NCBI GenBank assembly: GCA_051294375.1
Contig: CM119267.1
Coordinates: 18,268,992 to 18,332,991, forward strand
DNA length: 64,000 bases
Direction of reading: 5' to 3'
DNA from: Paraspadella gotoi
Taxonomy: Eukaryota > Animalia > Chaetognatha
Part shown: in pieces, positions 39,001 through 53,000 of the stretch
Layout: each line of letters opens with the position of its first letter
Position numbering within the stretch: position 1 is the stretch's first letter
Translations under genes and position numbers: made by a program
The notes under the pieces: generated by a model
What the model saw: the letters and a program-made list of their open reading frames with translations, nothing else
What the model was told of the DNA's origin: nothing
Database searches by the model: none

Positions 39001-40055
39001 GATTGAGAAAGTTATTGGTCTCATCCTGTTATCTTATCCCGTCTCATATTATCATTATTGCTAGTATAAATAAATCAAAACGATAATAAATGTGAATCGG
39101 TACCTGGGGAAACTCCAAAGTTTTGAACGCTAAATTCATTCGCCGAAGAAAAAGTCCGACGATGCTGCTCTTGTGAATGGATTTAGAAGAAGAATCCGCA
39201 GAAGATTCCTATTTAATTATTCCGCGTTAAAAAAGATAATTTTCTTTTCCAATTTTTTTGCCAATTTCCCCTTTTCACCTGCAGCAACGCCTCGATCCCG
39301 GTTTCACGAAAATCAAAGAGAGAGTGGACTCCGCCCTCGAGAACTTCCTTGACCCTCGACTTGAAATCCTCGCAGAATCGTGGGGACGCCACCTTGCGCA
39401 CTTTAGCGGCCAACGCGCCAAACTCCATCTCGCCGCTGTGCAGAAGCGACAACAATAGCATCGCGAAGTCGCGCTTGCACTTTTCCGTCAACGACGGAGC
39501 CTCGTTTTCATCGCCTTCGCCGAAAGAGTCACAAGCGATTCCATCATTTTCGTTTGACAGACGAGCAACACGAGGTGATTCCGCGACGCTTTCGACCACG
39601 GCCGAGGATTCTGAGAGCGAAACGATATATTTGACCATTTCGGCGGATGCGGCGTTCAATCATGTTATGTTTGGCTTCAAATCTTGCGTCTCAAAACTTT
39701 GTCACTTATTTTTATCAATTACTTCGTCTTAACGACGATAAAAATTACCTAACATTTCCGACGATGTCTCATCAGGAAGTAAATTAAGAGCAGGCGTCGC
39801 CGATGCCGGCGGCGCGTAGCTCTCGTCCTTCTCGCCTCCAACCGCTCCTACCCCTCCTCCCCCGGTGCTGAGCAACTTGAGTCCCTTAAGCAACGTCCGG
39901 TAGCCATTCTGGTTGGCGGCCGCCTTCTTTCTCAGCTCGAAATACTCTGCCACAAGAATGAGGACCGACAAATTGTAGGGAGTGAAGGAGTCGTCGGAAC
40001 ACTCCGCCCCTCGATAGGGAAACAGCACCTCGGGGGTCAGCGCTAGCAAGTTCAT
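36010..40055 (-). CDS. ANAPC5: Anaphase-promoting complex subunit 5, spliced
   Basis: FTPYNLSVLIL, MSRKQVEYFIATQV, HYLSFLNAVR, LHHYFDR, RYGTLNLAAMHHRF, LHEAIQMAQEAGDAICLQYALGWL. Confidence 0.92.
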
Positions 40056-40291
40056 CACATGAGATCAAATGGCGTTCTAGTTTTCACTACAAACTGTCGC
40101 AGCTAAAAAAAGCTAAAATGAAGCTGTATTTTAACTAAATTAAAATAACACCGACTAATTTTAAAAATAATTAGATTTCGATTGGCAATTGGCGTTTAAT
40201 CCATAAGCGAAAAACTCAGATTAACAATAACAATATGTTAAAACGCAAACATAACAATAAAATAGATAAAATTCTTTAGTTTATAACGAGA

Positions 40292-43200
40292 TCAAGCGGG
40301 ACCGTCGCCCCCACCGATTTGAGCAAAGGGCGACGGGTAAGGCGCTCTGCGTTCTTTGGTTGCCGTGACATCTTCTTCCCCTCCGCGAGAAGAGCCCCCG
40401 GCGTTCGTAATTTGCGCGGCGGCCAGTTTGGCTCTTAGAGTCTGAATGTGTCGCAAAAGTTCACGCTCCCTTGCTTCGAAGGTCCGACGACCTTCAAGAC
40501 GAAAGGCATTGTCGACGCCGACAAAGTCTAAGGAGGAGGAAGGGTCAGCCTCGTGAGTGCAGTCGGTCGTTTCCCTCGAGTCGACGGTGGGAACTGTCTC
40601 TCTACTCTGCACGATTGGAACTCCGGGAGCAAAGCTGCTCGGTTGTGGCGGAGAAATAACGGCGGCTGCGTCTTCGTCTATCTGCTTGGGAGACGTTATG
40701 ATTTCATCGAGTGATTTAAGCGGATGGACATCTTCATACTCCGCTTCCGTGCTTTTTCGTCTTTCGAGATCAGAGACCGACGGATCGAGCCGAAGAAGGC
40801 GCCGCAACTCTCCGACGTTGCTGCCCCGATTCTCCGCAAGAAATTTTGGTGGGGGGACTGAAATTAAAGCATTAAACAATAAACATTGGTTCAGGGTCTC
40901 TAGTGCAGTCTATGCATTCAATTACCCTGGATGTGCCTTGCGGCCGATCTTCTCTCTAAATCCCTGACGATTCTCTCTTGTTTGGCCACTTCATCCGCCT
41001 CCTTTTCGGTCCGTTCCTTCTCGCGAATTTCAAAGTTGACCATCTTTTCGGGGTAGCCGTTGAAGATGGGATACTGAAAATAAAATCCGTTTGTTGATCA
41101 ATGATCATCCATCGCTTCTCAAGAAATCGCACTTCGCCCTCGTTTAGCCTCTTACCTGTCCGGTTGGGAGAGGAACGAAATCGGCGAAGAAAGCGTTTTT
41201 CTGCGGATGAATCTTCGAAGGCGTCGACGACGAGAGTCGCTCAGTCGTCGAAACCAGAGAGTCCACTGAAACGGGACTGCATCAAAAGAAGACGAGGAGT
41301 TTTGTCAGTTGGACGACAAGGACGAGAAACAAGACAGGTTCCGAAACCCAAACCTGTGATGCCGGAAGAAGAAACGGAAATCGCCCAAAGAATCACAGGC
41401 GAGGAGCCCCGCCTTGTTGAGGATAGCATAAGCGACGACGGCGAAAAGAATGAAAGACGGATGCGAAGAAAGAGCGAAGTCGAAAAATGTTAACCAATCC
41501 TGAGGAAGAGATGTGAGCTTTGTTTATGCTCCAATAAGCATATCGCATTCATCCAGGATAAAATGTCAACTATATTTCAAGGCGATAAAAAAGAGACATT
41601 TATAACTTCGATTCAAAGTCATTTGACTAACTCTGGCAGTGAGAATTTCCGAGAAAAGCGTCTCGAGCAACGGCCAAGCGTAAACGATGGCCGTCACGCC
41701 GCGGACGGCGAAGTGTTCAAGAAGTGTCGGGGCGTGGAAACAAAGGATATTCTCGATGGCGGCAAGAACGTTGACAGGAGGGTTGGGGAAAAACTCAAAA
41801 AAATGCTGACCGAAGTTGAGAAGGACGGAAACGATGACTTCGAAGCAATGGAGGTGGTTATTGACGAACATTTTTACGAAGGGGAAAGCGATCAAGGGAG
41901 TGAGCGTGCTTTCACCTGGGCCAATTAAGTACCAATATTAGGCAAGAATTCAAAATAAAATCAAATAAAAGATTTAAAGGCATTCACCAAATATGGGCGC
42001 CCAATGAGCTAGGTGCGATAATGTCTTTTGAAGCGCGCGAAAGGCTCGCTGATCTTTGACGGGATACGAGTCTTCCAACTTGCGAAAGGCGGGGTGAGTG
42101 CCTTTGTCCACCAACTCGGCGAAGGCTTGGTGATTCTCTGGGAGCTTCAAAATCATTCGCCAAATGAAAAGGCGATATTTAGAGGGAAACTGCAAATTTA
42201 AAAAGATAAACTTTAAATAATATAATGCAACTATTTTATTAGCTATTCTCATATTTCATCACGAACCTGACCGAAAGTCTCCAAAATGTGTCTCAACTTT
42301 TTCGGAGTCAACGGCTCCGCAATGACGCCCTCGTGCGCCTCCTCATTCCTCTTTCTTCTCCCCTTCGACGCCACGACGCGCCTGGAAACAGGCGCCAGAC
42401 GGCGCGACTTGACACGAGTAGGCGTTATTGTCTTAACCTTCGAGGGTCTAGAGCGTCGGGTGAGGGAAGCGAGGAGCTTGTCGAAGAGGTGGAGCTAGAA
42501 AATGAAGAAAATGTTTAAAATAAATAGCCTGTGGCGAATCCTAAATTTGCCACCCCTATAGTTTGGTGAAACTCAGCTAGTCCCATTGGCTTGGACAGCT
42601 AAGTACTCGTTCACCAACCGTGAGTTCTGGGTTCAATCCCTTCACGGTTAAGTGTGATGGTGTCGGAATAAACACGTCATTGCAGGTCCAAAGCCCTGAG
42701 CGCCAACTGTCGGGAGATGCATCACACACGTCTCCCCGTTGCCATAAGCCCAAAATAAACGAGAAACTCGCTCAAAAAAGGAGATAACCTTAATCCTTTC
42801 GCCGCATAGAACGATATGACGACCAGTGGGTGAGACGGCGAACTCTTTGATCCTCTCATCCTCGTCGGGCGATGACGATGAATCAAAGACGACGACGACT
42901 TGACAAGTTTCGATGTCGAGAAGGAGTAGGGAGCCAGTGGAAGAAAGGACAAGGACGAGGGAAGAGGAGGTAAGCGATGGCGGAGAATTGGTAGAGGGCG
43001 AATCGAGGGAGGGAGTGCGAGAAACGAAGCTGAGAGACTGAGGAGGACAGAAAATAAATTACCATTTTAAATTTATACTAAATATGTAAGCTCTTCGCAC
43101 AAACCTTGACGGCATCGACGATCCTCTCCGGAAGCTGAACGACCCGCAACAGCGTTTTGGACTCCAGGTTGAAAACGTAGAGACGGTTGGAGCGGCCGCC

Positions 43201-44148
43201 GGCCACGAAATGACGGCCGTCTGTGGCCACGTCTCGGAACATTGGACTGGACTCGCCGGGACCGGCCACCGCGGGCAGTTGGAATTTACAGGTTAAAGTT
43301 TCGGCGTCCCAACAAAATATTGAGTCGTCGCGAAAGCACGTTAGGATATCGTTGCCTTGGGGGGCGAAGAAGACCTTTAACACGCCAGGAGAATTTTTGA
43401 TTGTGAGCTTCCTTTTCCGCTCAAGCGTCTCGAGGTCCCACAACTGCGCAGTGTCCTCCGAGCTCGTGACCGCGTATCGACCAGATTGATGAACAGAAAT
43501 CGTTTGAACCGGATCAACGTGACCCTAGAGAGAGAGAGAAAGAAATGGAATGGAAATTAGACTAACGGTCACGTAATGCGGTATAGTTAACTCGCAGCAA
43601 AACCTTGAGGCAAGCAACTATCTCTTTGGAACCGACGTCGACAATTTTGACGGTGGCGTCGGCGGTGGCAACGAAAGCCTCTCCGACTCGTCGGCGTCCA
43701 AAAGCGACGGCGGTACAAGCGGCCCCGAAGCATAAAACTTTAACAAACTCGTTGGCGGCGAGTTTAAAGAGGAAGACGTTGCCCTGTTGAGTGAAAATAG
43801 GAAGAGTTAGTTGATAAAAACCCTCAAAGGGAGTCATCAATTGGGTAGTAAGCAAGACGCACCTGGAGATCGGCGGCGATCAACCTCGAACCAGAGTCGT
43901 CGAAGGCGACGTGAAGAAACCGGACCAGACGCGGATGAGGCAAAGAGTCTTTGGAAGGCACAGAGTGAATGATGTCCAAAACCAGTCCATCGCCTGTTTT
44001 TAAAAGTACAGGGTTGTAACAATGAAATACGTAATATGAAAATAAAACTGGATTATTACTAACTCGGGGGAGACGTTTTGCGACACCATAGTCGACCGTC
44101 GTTTTTTCTACAAAGGTCGACGACCGAAATTCCACCTGTTCCGCTCAT
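40292..44148 (-). CDS. TBC1D31: TBC1 domain family member 31 (WDR67): WD40 repeats + TBC domain + short coiled coil, spliced
   Basis: VRFLHVAFDDSGSRLIAADLQG, QLWDLETLERKRKL, FPSKYRLFIWRMILKLPENH, KGTHPAF, QHFFEFFPNPPVNVL, YAWPLLETLFSE. Confidence 0.92.
42531..42746 (+). mobile_element. Dispersed repeat with tRNA-derived (SINE-like) core and terminal hairpin, copy 1
   Basis: Hairpin GTGGCGAATcctaaATTTGCCAC, A-box-like TGGCTTGGACAG (42587), B box GGTTCAATCCC (42630); inverted homolog at 45003-45259. Confidence 0.7.
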
Positions 44149-44725
44149 TTTGCAAGATTTCGCATCATTTAAAAGTTATAACGACTGAACGTACTGAGCT
44201 AAGGAAAAATTAAATAGATTATAGTTGTGAAAAAACAATACGTGAACCATACATAAGTAGACTTTTTTTTTGTTAATTGAGCTGCACAAATTAACAAGCA
44301 CGATTGATTTCAAGCGATCAGAAAACGAGGTTAAACGTATCGAAGGCAAAACATAGGAATTATGTATAGCTATATAGCACATGATCATACAAATCGTTGG
44401 AAATGTACGAAAAAGGTCATTAGGGAATGGTTATAACGTTAATGGTCTTCGCACAATCACAGCATTCGTTCGCGTCTTCATCATCGTAAAATATCGAGCA
44501 GGAGGCAATAATCGCCAAACGCTATTTATTGTACGCATTTTGGGCGGATTATCATTCGAGGTATTTGTACTACCAAACAAAACCATTGCATTCTTTAACA
44601 TTCCATCCCAAATTTCCCCCACCCTCCCCCTCGACAACACAAAAAACACTTAACAATAAAACCCCCCCCCCAAAAAAAAACGAACGAAACTGTCGAACGT
44701 TTTTCTATTTCATTCCAGTTCAGTT

Positions 44726-47700
44726 TCATTTGTTTTTCGAGGTGAGTGCGGCTCGGGAAGAGTCCGCTGCTTTTTCATCTCCCTGGAGACCGGGTAGATT
44801 CTCTTTCGACTCGGCGCCGTCGTAAGAGTCGGAGAGGTCGAGGCTTTTGACGGGGGTGACGGGCGAAGGCGACGCTGGCGTCGCGGTGGCGGCGTCATGG
44901 GTTCCGCGGCGCAGAACTTTTTGCATGAGCGGTGTGTCGTCAAACATTGCGGGGTTCTTTCCACCTAATAAAAAAAGGTAAAAATCAAGATAAATATCCT
45001 GATATGGCAATGGAGGGACATGTGTGATGCCCGGGGTGTGAGGCATCTCCCGACAGCTGGCGCTCAGGGGTCAGGACCTGCAGTGACCACCCCATGTCAC
45101 TGGCGTGTTTATGCCGACACCATCACACTAACCAGCGTGAGCGTGAGGGGATTGAACCCAGAACTCACGGTTGGTGAACGAGTACTTAGCTGTCCAAGCC
45201 AATGGGACGAGGTGAGTTTTCACGAAACTATACGGGAGGCGAATTTAGGATTCGCCACACTGATTTATTTGAAGCTATGACGCCTACCAGGCGTGGCTTC
45301 CACTTGAATAGGCGTCCGGGTGGCGTCCGGATTGCACGGCGGCGACCGTGGATCCTTAAACGACGGAAGCGTCCTGAGAGACGACGGACGCGTCGGCGTG
45401 GAGACGCTCACGTCGCCGGCGCTATTCGACTCTGAAGCCTCGTCGGCCGTCATCTCGCGCCAGATCTTAACTTGGTTAGCGCCCATGATGCTTCAATTTC
45501 ATCGGGCGAGTCAAAAAGATGGATCAATAATGTAAGAGGTGAAAAGATTTTAACGAGAAGAGGTTCGCTTGGTGCTTTCGTTTAGTCTAAAGACAGTAAA
45601 AAAATCATAAAAAACAAAACTTATAAAACAACAAGGGAAAAATAATTGAGGAGATAACTACATATATAAACGATTTCAATTAAAAAAGCTGACAAAAGCG
45701 TCAAAAATAAGGCAGTCGGTGGTGAGGAATTTAAAATAAACTGGAATTATTACAACGATTGCACCATTGGTGAGGTTAGCGACTACATAAGCGACGTAGG
45801 CAAAGACAAGTTAAAATTTTTTTTACCTAAGTCTAAACAAGCGTTAATGATAGATTCAGAGCTTAGGTGACCTAAGTGACATTGGACGGTAAAACTAAAA
45901 GAGTACATGAGCAAAATTAGTTAATTTTTAGTCGAAGGACTCGTCAAAGGTGTTGGCGTGAGGGATGCTGTCATCGAGAGAGAGCCTGGAAATGCCGTTG
46001 ACACTGAAGAGGCTTTGCTTGAAGCCGACGTCACCTTCTCGGGAATCCGCTCTTACTGCGTCGGGGCTCTCTAAACAACGATCTTCGGAAAAACCACTGC
46101 TGGAACGGGCTATAAATGAGGAGCTATAGGAGCTCGGCAGGCGACTGGTGGAGCGAGGGGTAGAGCTAATGGCGGAAGTTGATGGCAAAGTGTCCGAGCT
46201 GACGAGGGTGGAACTAAAGTGATAAAATTTATAATTTTTAAAAACAAAGAGGCAATTTAAAGAATCATTATTTGGCAATACATACCCTGACAAACTCGCT
46301 ATCGCGTCTTCGTCGTTTGTTTGTCCGTCGTCGCTCGGGGTTCCATTCACTCCCGGCGTTTCATTTCGTGGCGCCATTTTTTCCACGAATCCACCCATTA
46401 CGTCGCCGAATCTTTGAGCTGCCGAGAGAAGATTTCTTTGCCGGGAAGATTTGGTCGGGGCACTATGGATGTCAGGGGTGTCGGTCCCCGTCGGGACCGA
46501 AGCCAAGTATCCGTAAAGAATGGCCTGCATTTCGGCCGCTTCCTCCGAGACTCGACTACCTTCCGCCGGTGGAAGGCTGAAGCACGACTTGGAAATTTCG
46601 CTCGGATTCACAGTGCGACTGGTAAATTCGTGATTCGTCTAGGAAAGAAACAAAAAGATTTTAACGTGAACGGTGAAAATAGTAAACTTCCGTGTTACCT
46701 CATCCACGACCCGCACCGGCGTTTCGCCTACAAACGCGCAACTTAAGGGCGACATGACCGAAGCCCCAAGTTTATCCATTTCCGAAATCCGTGTCGATTC
46801 AGCAGGCGCGTCGACGGCCGGTGATGCGAGCCTGGCGTCGAAGGCGATGCTTGGCGAAGCTGTGGGCAACGAGGGAGCCAGACACTCGGGGAAATTTGGC
46901 GAGAGCGTCGCGGAAAAATTAGCAGGCGGAGGTGGGAGCCGTATCAGCTGTTCCTGCAGAGGTGGCGGGGGCGGTGGCTCTGGGCTCGAATTGCCTTTTA
47001 ACGTCTGCTGAAACAACTTGCGTAATCGCGAGACTTGAGTCTCCAATTGACGATTGTGTGACTCAAGAACCTCGAGCTTCGCTTCCATCTTCTCCTTCTT
47101 GACTCGCTTCTCAAAGGCTCGATCCCTGACGCTGGCGACGATGACGTTAGTGGCGTCGCGTAGGGGTAGAAAAGATGCCTCGGCGTCACCGCGCCGGTCG
47201 TCGGAGGCGGCGCCGTCTAGAGAAGCGAGACTCTTGAAACGACTCGCTGTGGATTCGTCGGCGAAATCGCGCATGGCGTCGATTTCGGACATGAGGCGTC
47301 GGTTCTCGATCTCCAATCGCACGATAATCGATTCCATCTCCCGCTTTTGCTTGGCGTTCCAAACGTCGCCGCCGGATGGAACCGCGTAGTCGTGTCTCGT
47401 TTGAGGAAGAGCAGATTGGTAAGAGTTCTCTCCGTTTTCGGCGCCCTCGTCCTCTTCGTCCTCGGCGACGGCATCAAAATCAGGGCGTGGAATCGGAGCG
47501 CCGCTTCTGATGCCATCGCCGCGAAACCGCCCATCGTCAAAAGGATCGCTACCGCCGTTGATAATATTCTCATCCTCCCATGGTTGGCTTTCAACGCGAG
47601 GGGCCCGCTTGTCGAAAAACATTCCCATTGATGATATCGGCAAGTATCGCAGCTTCGGGGCCTTTCTCTTGTAGCCTTTGGTGAGATTGTTCTTGATAGT

Positions 47701-49451
47701 CTGGGCCAGCGCCTTCGTCTCGGCCATGGGAGAAGTAGTGTCGCAATATTCTTGCATCGGATGGGAAGACTTGTGACGTTTCGTGGATCGACCGATGAAG
47801 AAGCAGTTTTGACAAAAGTCTAGATTGAAGCACTTGAGGCATTTATATCGGAATCCCGTTATAGGGTAAGCCTTGCAACCTCCACACTTGACGTCGTGTT
47901 CTACGTCTTCGGCCGCAGTGAGGCGATGCAGTGTGGGCATCCAAACGAAAGTTTGGGGCTCCTAAGAGGTTGGACAAAGTTTCTGTGGTGATGATTAAAT
48001 ACATGGACCCTTGTTATCGAAACCCCACCCACCCCACCTGTTTCATCCAATCCATAAAGACCTCCAGCGTCAGCGCGTCCCGCCCGTCGAGGACTTTGGC
48101 GAAGCAGCTCTCGACGGCGGGGGCGACGAAGGCGCCGCCGAAAGCGTCGCCCTCGTGCAGCAGCAGAGGGATGCGCATGAGGTCGAGGAAGAGGGTCGTC
48201 GCGGCTTTGCGAGTGGTGGAGGGCGGATCCGGGAGAGGCGAAGTTGTCAATGGACGGTAATCGTCAACGGTAGCGATTTGATTGAAAAGAAACCTGTTGA
48301 TTGAAAAAGGAATCGGGATGGTTGATATTAAATTCAGAAAAATGAAGTTTAAAATGCTTTGTTCAGAAGCAGTTTTAAAGTCAACCTGTATTTATGAGCG
48401 AGACGCCCAGTGCACAAAACTCCTAACGCGACTTTGACGCTCAAAAGACGAATGCATCCGGCCCGCTTAACGTCGAAGAGGTCGAGCAGAAGGTTAAGGA
48501 GGAGGTCCACGGCGGCGTCAAGGTGTTGCGAGAGGACCGAGGGTCGCGCCATCTTAGTCACTCGGACAATCTCTTCGAGGATAGAGCGGAGCTCCTCGGC
48601 ATCAACAACGCCTGGCGATAAGGCGTCTCAATTAGCTTATCCGGTCATCTGACCCAACTTTAAACGATGCCTCCCTTGAATTGTCGGGAAGAAACTTTCG
48701 TGAAGATTCATCATTGGACTTTTATTCATTAACAAATAAAACGTTTCACCACGTGTCTATTCATTTATTATTCATTGATTGATATTTGTTATTCAATGTC
48801 TTTCCTTTCCAGCTATCATGAGTTATTAATGATTATAGGAGAGGTTATGTGGTTCTTGATCATTGTGTTTCTCTTCTGATCTATTACAGTGTAGATTCCA
48901 GGGTGCACTGTCAATGCGCAGCCGCCCGTGATCAATCATTCCCTGGTTGGAACGAGACATTCTGCCACGCCTTGACTTTTAGTGACCCTCCTTTGGTCAC
49001 CCCACACTCATCACTACCCGTTAGGGGGTACGCAGGATTCGCCCCCTAACAGAATCCTCACCCGCATTTTCGTAGACGGTGACCTCGTTGGTCTTCTCTT
49101 TTTTCTCCCGCGACGCGAAGACATGCTCGATGGTTTTTAGTTCTATCAAATCAACGTTGACGGTTTTCTGCAGGAGACGCACCTTGACGGCGGTGCGGTA
49201 GGCTGCGTATTTTACGAAGTTTAACGACGGCATTGTGTCGAACGCTGACAGATGAAAATCGTGTGTTTTTTAAGTTAAATTAATTAAATTAAATTACTAT
49301 CAATCTTACCCCTTTCAAGAATCGGATGATCCCATTGCGTAATTTCTAGTTTATGGTTGATGTAGAACGGAATCTTGTTCACAGTCTCCCCTCGCTCCCA
49401 ACCATCCGGGAGGGATCGGCCGAGGAAACGAATGCATCCGGAAACCGGCAT
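44726..49451 (-). CDS. Short dystrophin-family protein (WW, EF-hand region, ZZ finger, coiled coils, low-complexity tail), spliced
   Basis: LPDGWERGETVNKIPFYINHKLEITQWDHP; VKYAAYRTAVKVRLLQK; LNLLLDLFDVKRAG; EPQTFVWMPTLHRL..HDVKCGGCKAYPITGFRYKCLKCFNLDFCQNCFF..HPMQEYC. Confidence 0.88.
45003..45259 (-). mobile_element. Dispersed repeat with tRNA-derived core, copy 2 (inverted relative to copy 1)
   Basis: gggattgaacccagaactcacggttggtgaacgagtacttagctgtccaagccaatgggac is the reverse complement of ~42580-42640. Confidence 0.72.
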
Positions 49452-50078
49452 GGCGAACACAGGACTTCTTTATTGTTTAGTTTTCATTATCTAAAAATAA
49501 AGCATTTGTAAAAGATACAAAAATGATGACAGTTTCATTAAAAGAGAATACGCATTTCTAGTTTGATAAAAATCGTCTTCAAAACGAAGATGGCCAGAAA
49601 AAAAAAACAATCACTATACGATTTTGACCAGGCATGCGATTAGCCCCCATCTGCCGACGGACGAGTGTATCGTACAAACGAATTAAGGCACAATACAAAA
49701 TCCTCAAAGCATAATAGAAAATTTTGTGACTTCTAATTTTGTAAAATTTCAATTCATTAGTCTAGATTAATAAGATACAGCACAAAAAAATAACACAAAG
49801 TGAGCAGAGTGCACTGTGCAAGAATTGTCGGCCTGTTTCTAAAAAGAAGCCTCTTTAGTCTTCAATTAATTTTCAAGATGATGATACCCGAAAGAGTAAC
49901 TTCCCTCCACAATTCGGAGGGAATGATCGTCAGTATTCTAATATACAATAGGCAAGGTGAGAGAGGAAGAAAAAAAGAGAGAGAGAGAGAGAGAGAAGTC
50001 CCTGAGCCCGAGGAAGCCCTCTTGAACTCTACGGCTAGGCAAACTCGAAATAATGGTCGCGATCATTGCGGGGGGCGC

Positions 50079-53000
50079 CTATTGCTTCGAGGTGGCGGAG
50101 AGTTGCAAAGAGCCGAGTTCCGTCTTCAGGTTCATGTTGGCCTGAGTCTCCAACGCCAACTTCGTCACCATCTTCTGTAAATCCAGTTCCAAACGAATGT
50201 TTTCTTTTTCTTTTTGAGTCAAAGTCTCGAACATGGTTTGCATTTTATTCTGCGAAAAAAAAATTCAATTCAATTGGTGAGAGATAAGCAAACCACCACC
50301 GACCTGTGGTTCCGCCACTTGCCTGAATGTCGGACACTTGCTCCTGCAAAAGCAGCAGCTTGGAATCCTGATCCTTAATAGTTTTGTTTTTCGCTCCCAT
50401 TTCCTGTTTGTAATAAACGTCTCGCGTCGCAAGCTTTTCTTGCAGCTCTTCCACCTGTTTTTTGAGGCCATCCACCAACCCTTAATGGGAAAAGGTCAGG
50501 TCATAGTGTTACGGAAACGTTCATGGCTTCTCTCCTCCAAGATCGTCTGCCTCCGTTCATCTTCGATTCACGAACTCATGGACTTTTTCATAGACATTTA
50601 TATTTGGTTTTATTATTTATTTTATTATTTATATTTGGTTTTATTACTTTTACGTTTACCTTATTATGTGTCTTATTTATCTATTCAGAAACCGCGAGAG
50701 TTACAATAGCACCGATCTGATCTGTTTATGTAAACAATAAGACTCGAGCAACTAACCCTCGTGCGCCGTCCTCTGCCTCTCGATCTCGCGTTTCAGCGAC
50801 GCGATCTGCATGTGCATCATTTCGGGCGTCGGCGCCAATTTGGGATCCAAGTAATACGAGTTTGGTCGTCCGCTATCGGCGAACGCATCGCCGGGGGACA
50901 CTTCCGCCATCGAACGAAGGACGTCCTGAGTTGACGGAATAAGTAAAGGCTGTTGATTGTTGAATCAATAATCATAAAGATTAAAGATCATGAAGTAAAT
51001 TTTATTTTTTAGTTTTACAGATACGTATTTAGTATAAAACGGGAGAAACCTTGCGATTTCTGTTCCTCGCCGGAGGGCGAGGGGTGACTTCACACTCCGG
51101 TCTTTCTCCATTGTGAACATTCAAATCGATTGAACTTCGCTTCTCCGCCGATTCGAGGAACTGCTCGAGGAGTGGGTGGTTGGGTGGGGTGCTCTGCCTG
51201 AGAGCGGGTAAAAAGAAGGGGGACACAAATTTACCTTCAATAATCGATTTTAAAATTTAAGCAAAATCAACTTGATTCATGTCTTTCATCGAACAGGAGA
51301 AAATGATAATATTCCTCAATATGCAGGTAACTTAAGTAGCATTTACAAAAAAAAAAGGGTTCAATTAAACGACAGCAGTCAATGAGAGTCAAGTTTTAAA
51401 TTTTGTGGGCTACAAAACATTATTGCGATAAGGCAACGAAAGCATTGATACCGGATTTGCGGCACGCTACGGTGCCAACGGAGAAATTTTCGGAGCCACG
51501 CAAATTTTCTTTCCCTAAAAATCGAATAGTAGAATTGCGGAAAAAAGGAAAGGGCGTTTTAATACTTAAAACGCGATAATCCATCGCAGAATCCCGAAGG
51601 AACTTGTTTTTAAACTTACTACCGCAGCTTTTGATTGGACCGCGGAGAAAACAAATGAGCAGCGGGATTCCGAACTCAAGGTTTGAAATTGAATGTTAAC
51701 GGACAACGCGCAAAAATAAACGGACGGACGGAATGATGATCGTTGAGACGAAAGACAGTTATAATATAAGTGTGCGGAGTACAATAAGTATTCCCCGATC
51801 TAATACTTCAGGGAGTGGTCTTTTCATACAATTGAAACATTCTTTGAAATATTTTCCACTTCATTGATAGGGAAGCCAGGTACTCTGGGAGTGAATAAAC
51901 GGGACTGTGAGAGAGTCTTGATTGAAAGCTTGCAGGGACCTGCTATGTCATTATCTTGTAAGAGTGATGGAGGCCTTAAACCACCAAAGCCTGTCCAAAG
52001 TCAGGGGCAAGATAGCTTATATATTAAATGAATGGATAATTTTTATATTGGTTGTACCAATTTCATAATATAATATAATTAAATATAATTGATCATCCTT
52101 TAAGAAAAGGGTCATTCAATTCAACTTCAAAATAGGCTAAAATGGAGTAAAAATTCAGAAAGCTGAGCTCCTGGCGATTCTGAAAATGTATTCACTTTAA
52201 GCATTTGATGCATTCTACCCCATTTTATATTGGTTTTAATTATAATATAAAATAAAAGAAACCTATCTGAAGAGTTGCAGGTCAAACGAAAAGACCAATC
52301 CATCTGATATTTTTTATGAATTCTTTATTACTGAATTAGAAAAATGTAATAGAGAGACATTTTTAAATTTCAACTTGTATCCTTGAAAATGAAACGTTTT
52401 TAAACTTTAACCCTGAATTCTTTCTAACTGGAACGCGTTTATCAAAATGTCTCTCTATTACATTTTTAGAAATGTTTTTAAGATTGCTACAGTAACTTTT
52501 TTCTTTACTCGATAAACTGGAGGGAGTGGATATCTCTCAAACTTGGAGTTGGAATCAGCTCAGCTATGAGTAATAGATGCAGGAAGGTGAGCTTGTGTCC
52601 CCATTGGAGGGATTTTTCAAAATTCAAAAAAATTGCGCTCAGCACCCTAAAAATTTTTTTTACAATATTTGCTCTAGCGCAGTTATTAATGAAGCTTGCC
52701 CTATCATTTTTTGCTCATAAATACTCCGAGACGAGACCTACATAATGATGTTATAAAATTTTTAAATTAATTTTATTTTTTTGGTTTTAATAATTAATTT
52801 AGTCAAAATAATATTCAAAAGTATTCTGAAAATATCCAAAGTAATTGATTCCTTTTTTATACAAAATGATACATTGAACAAGAGCAGTTTTAATAAATAA
52901 CAAATAAAATTTAAAAAAATTATTTTAAATACCAAAAATATTTTTCCAATATTATAAAAATATATTATAGTCTTAAAACTAATTAAAATATTTAAAAACT

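Noticed and set aside
52264-52310. Second hammerhead-like motif CTGAAGA..GAAA
   Set aside because: No valid stem III or NUH site; better explained as a MITE terminal inverted repeat
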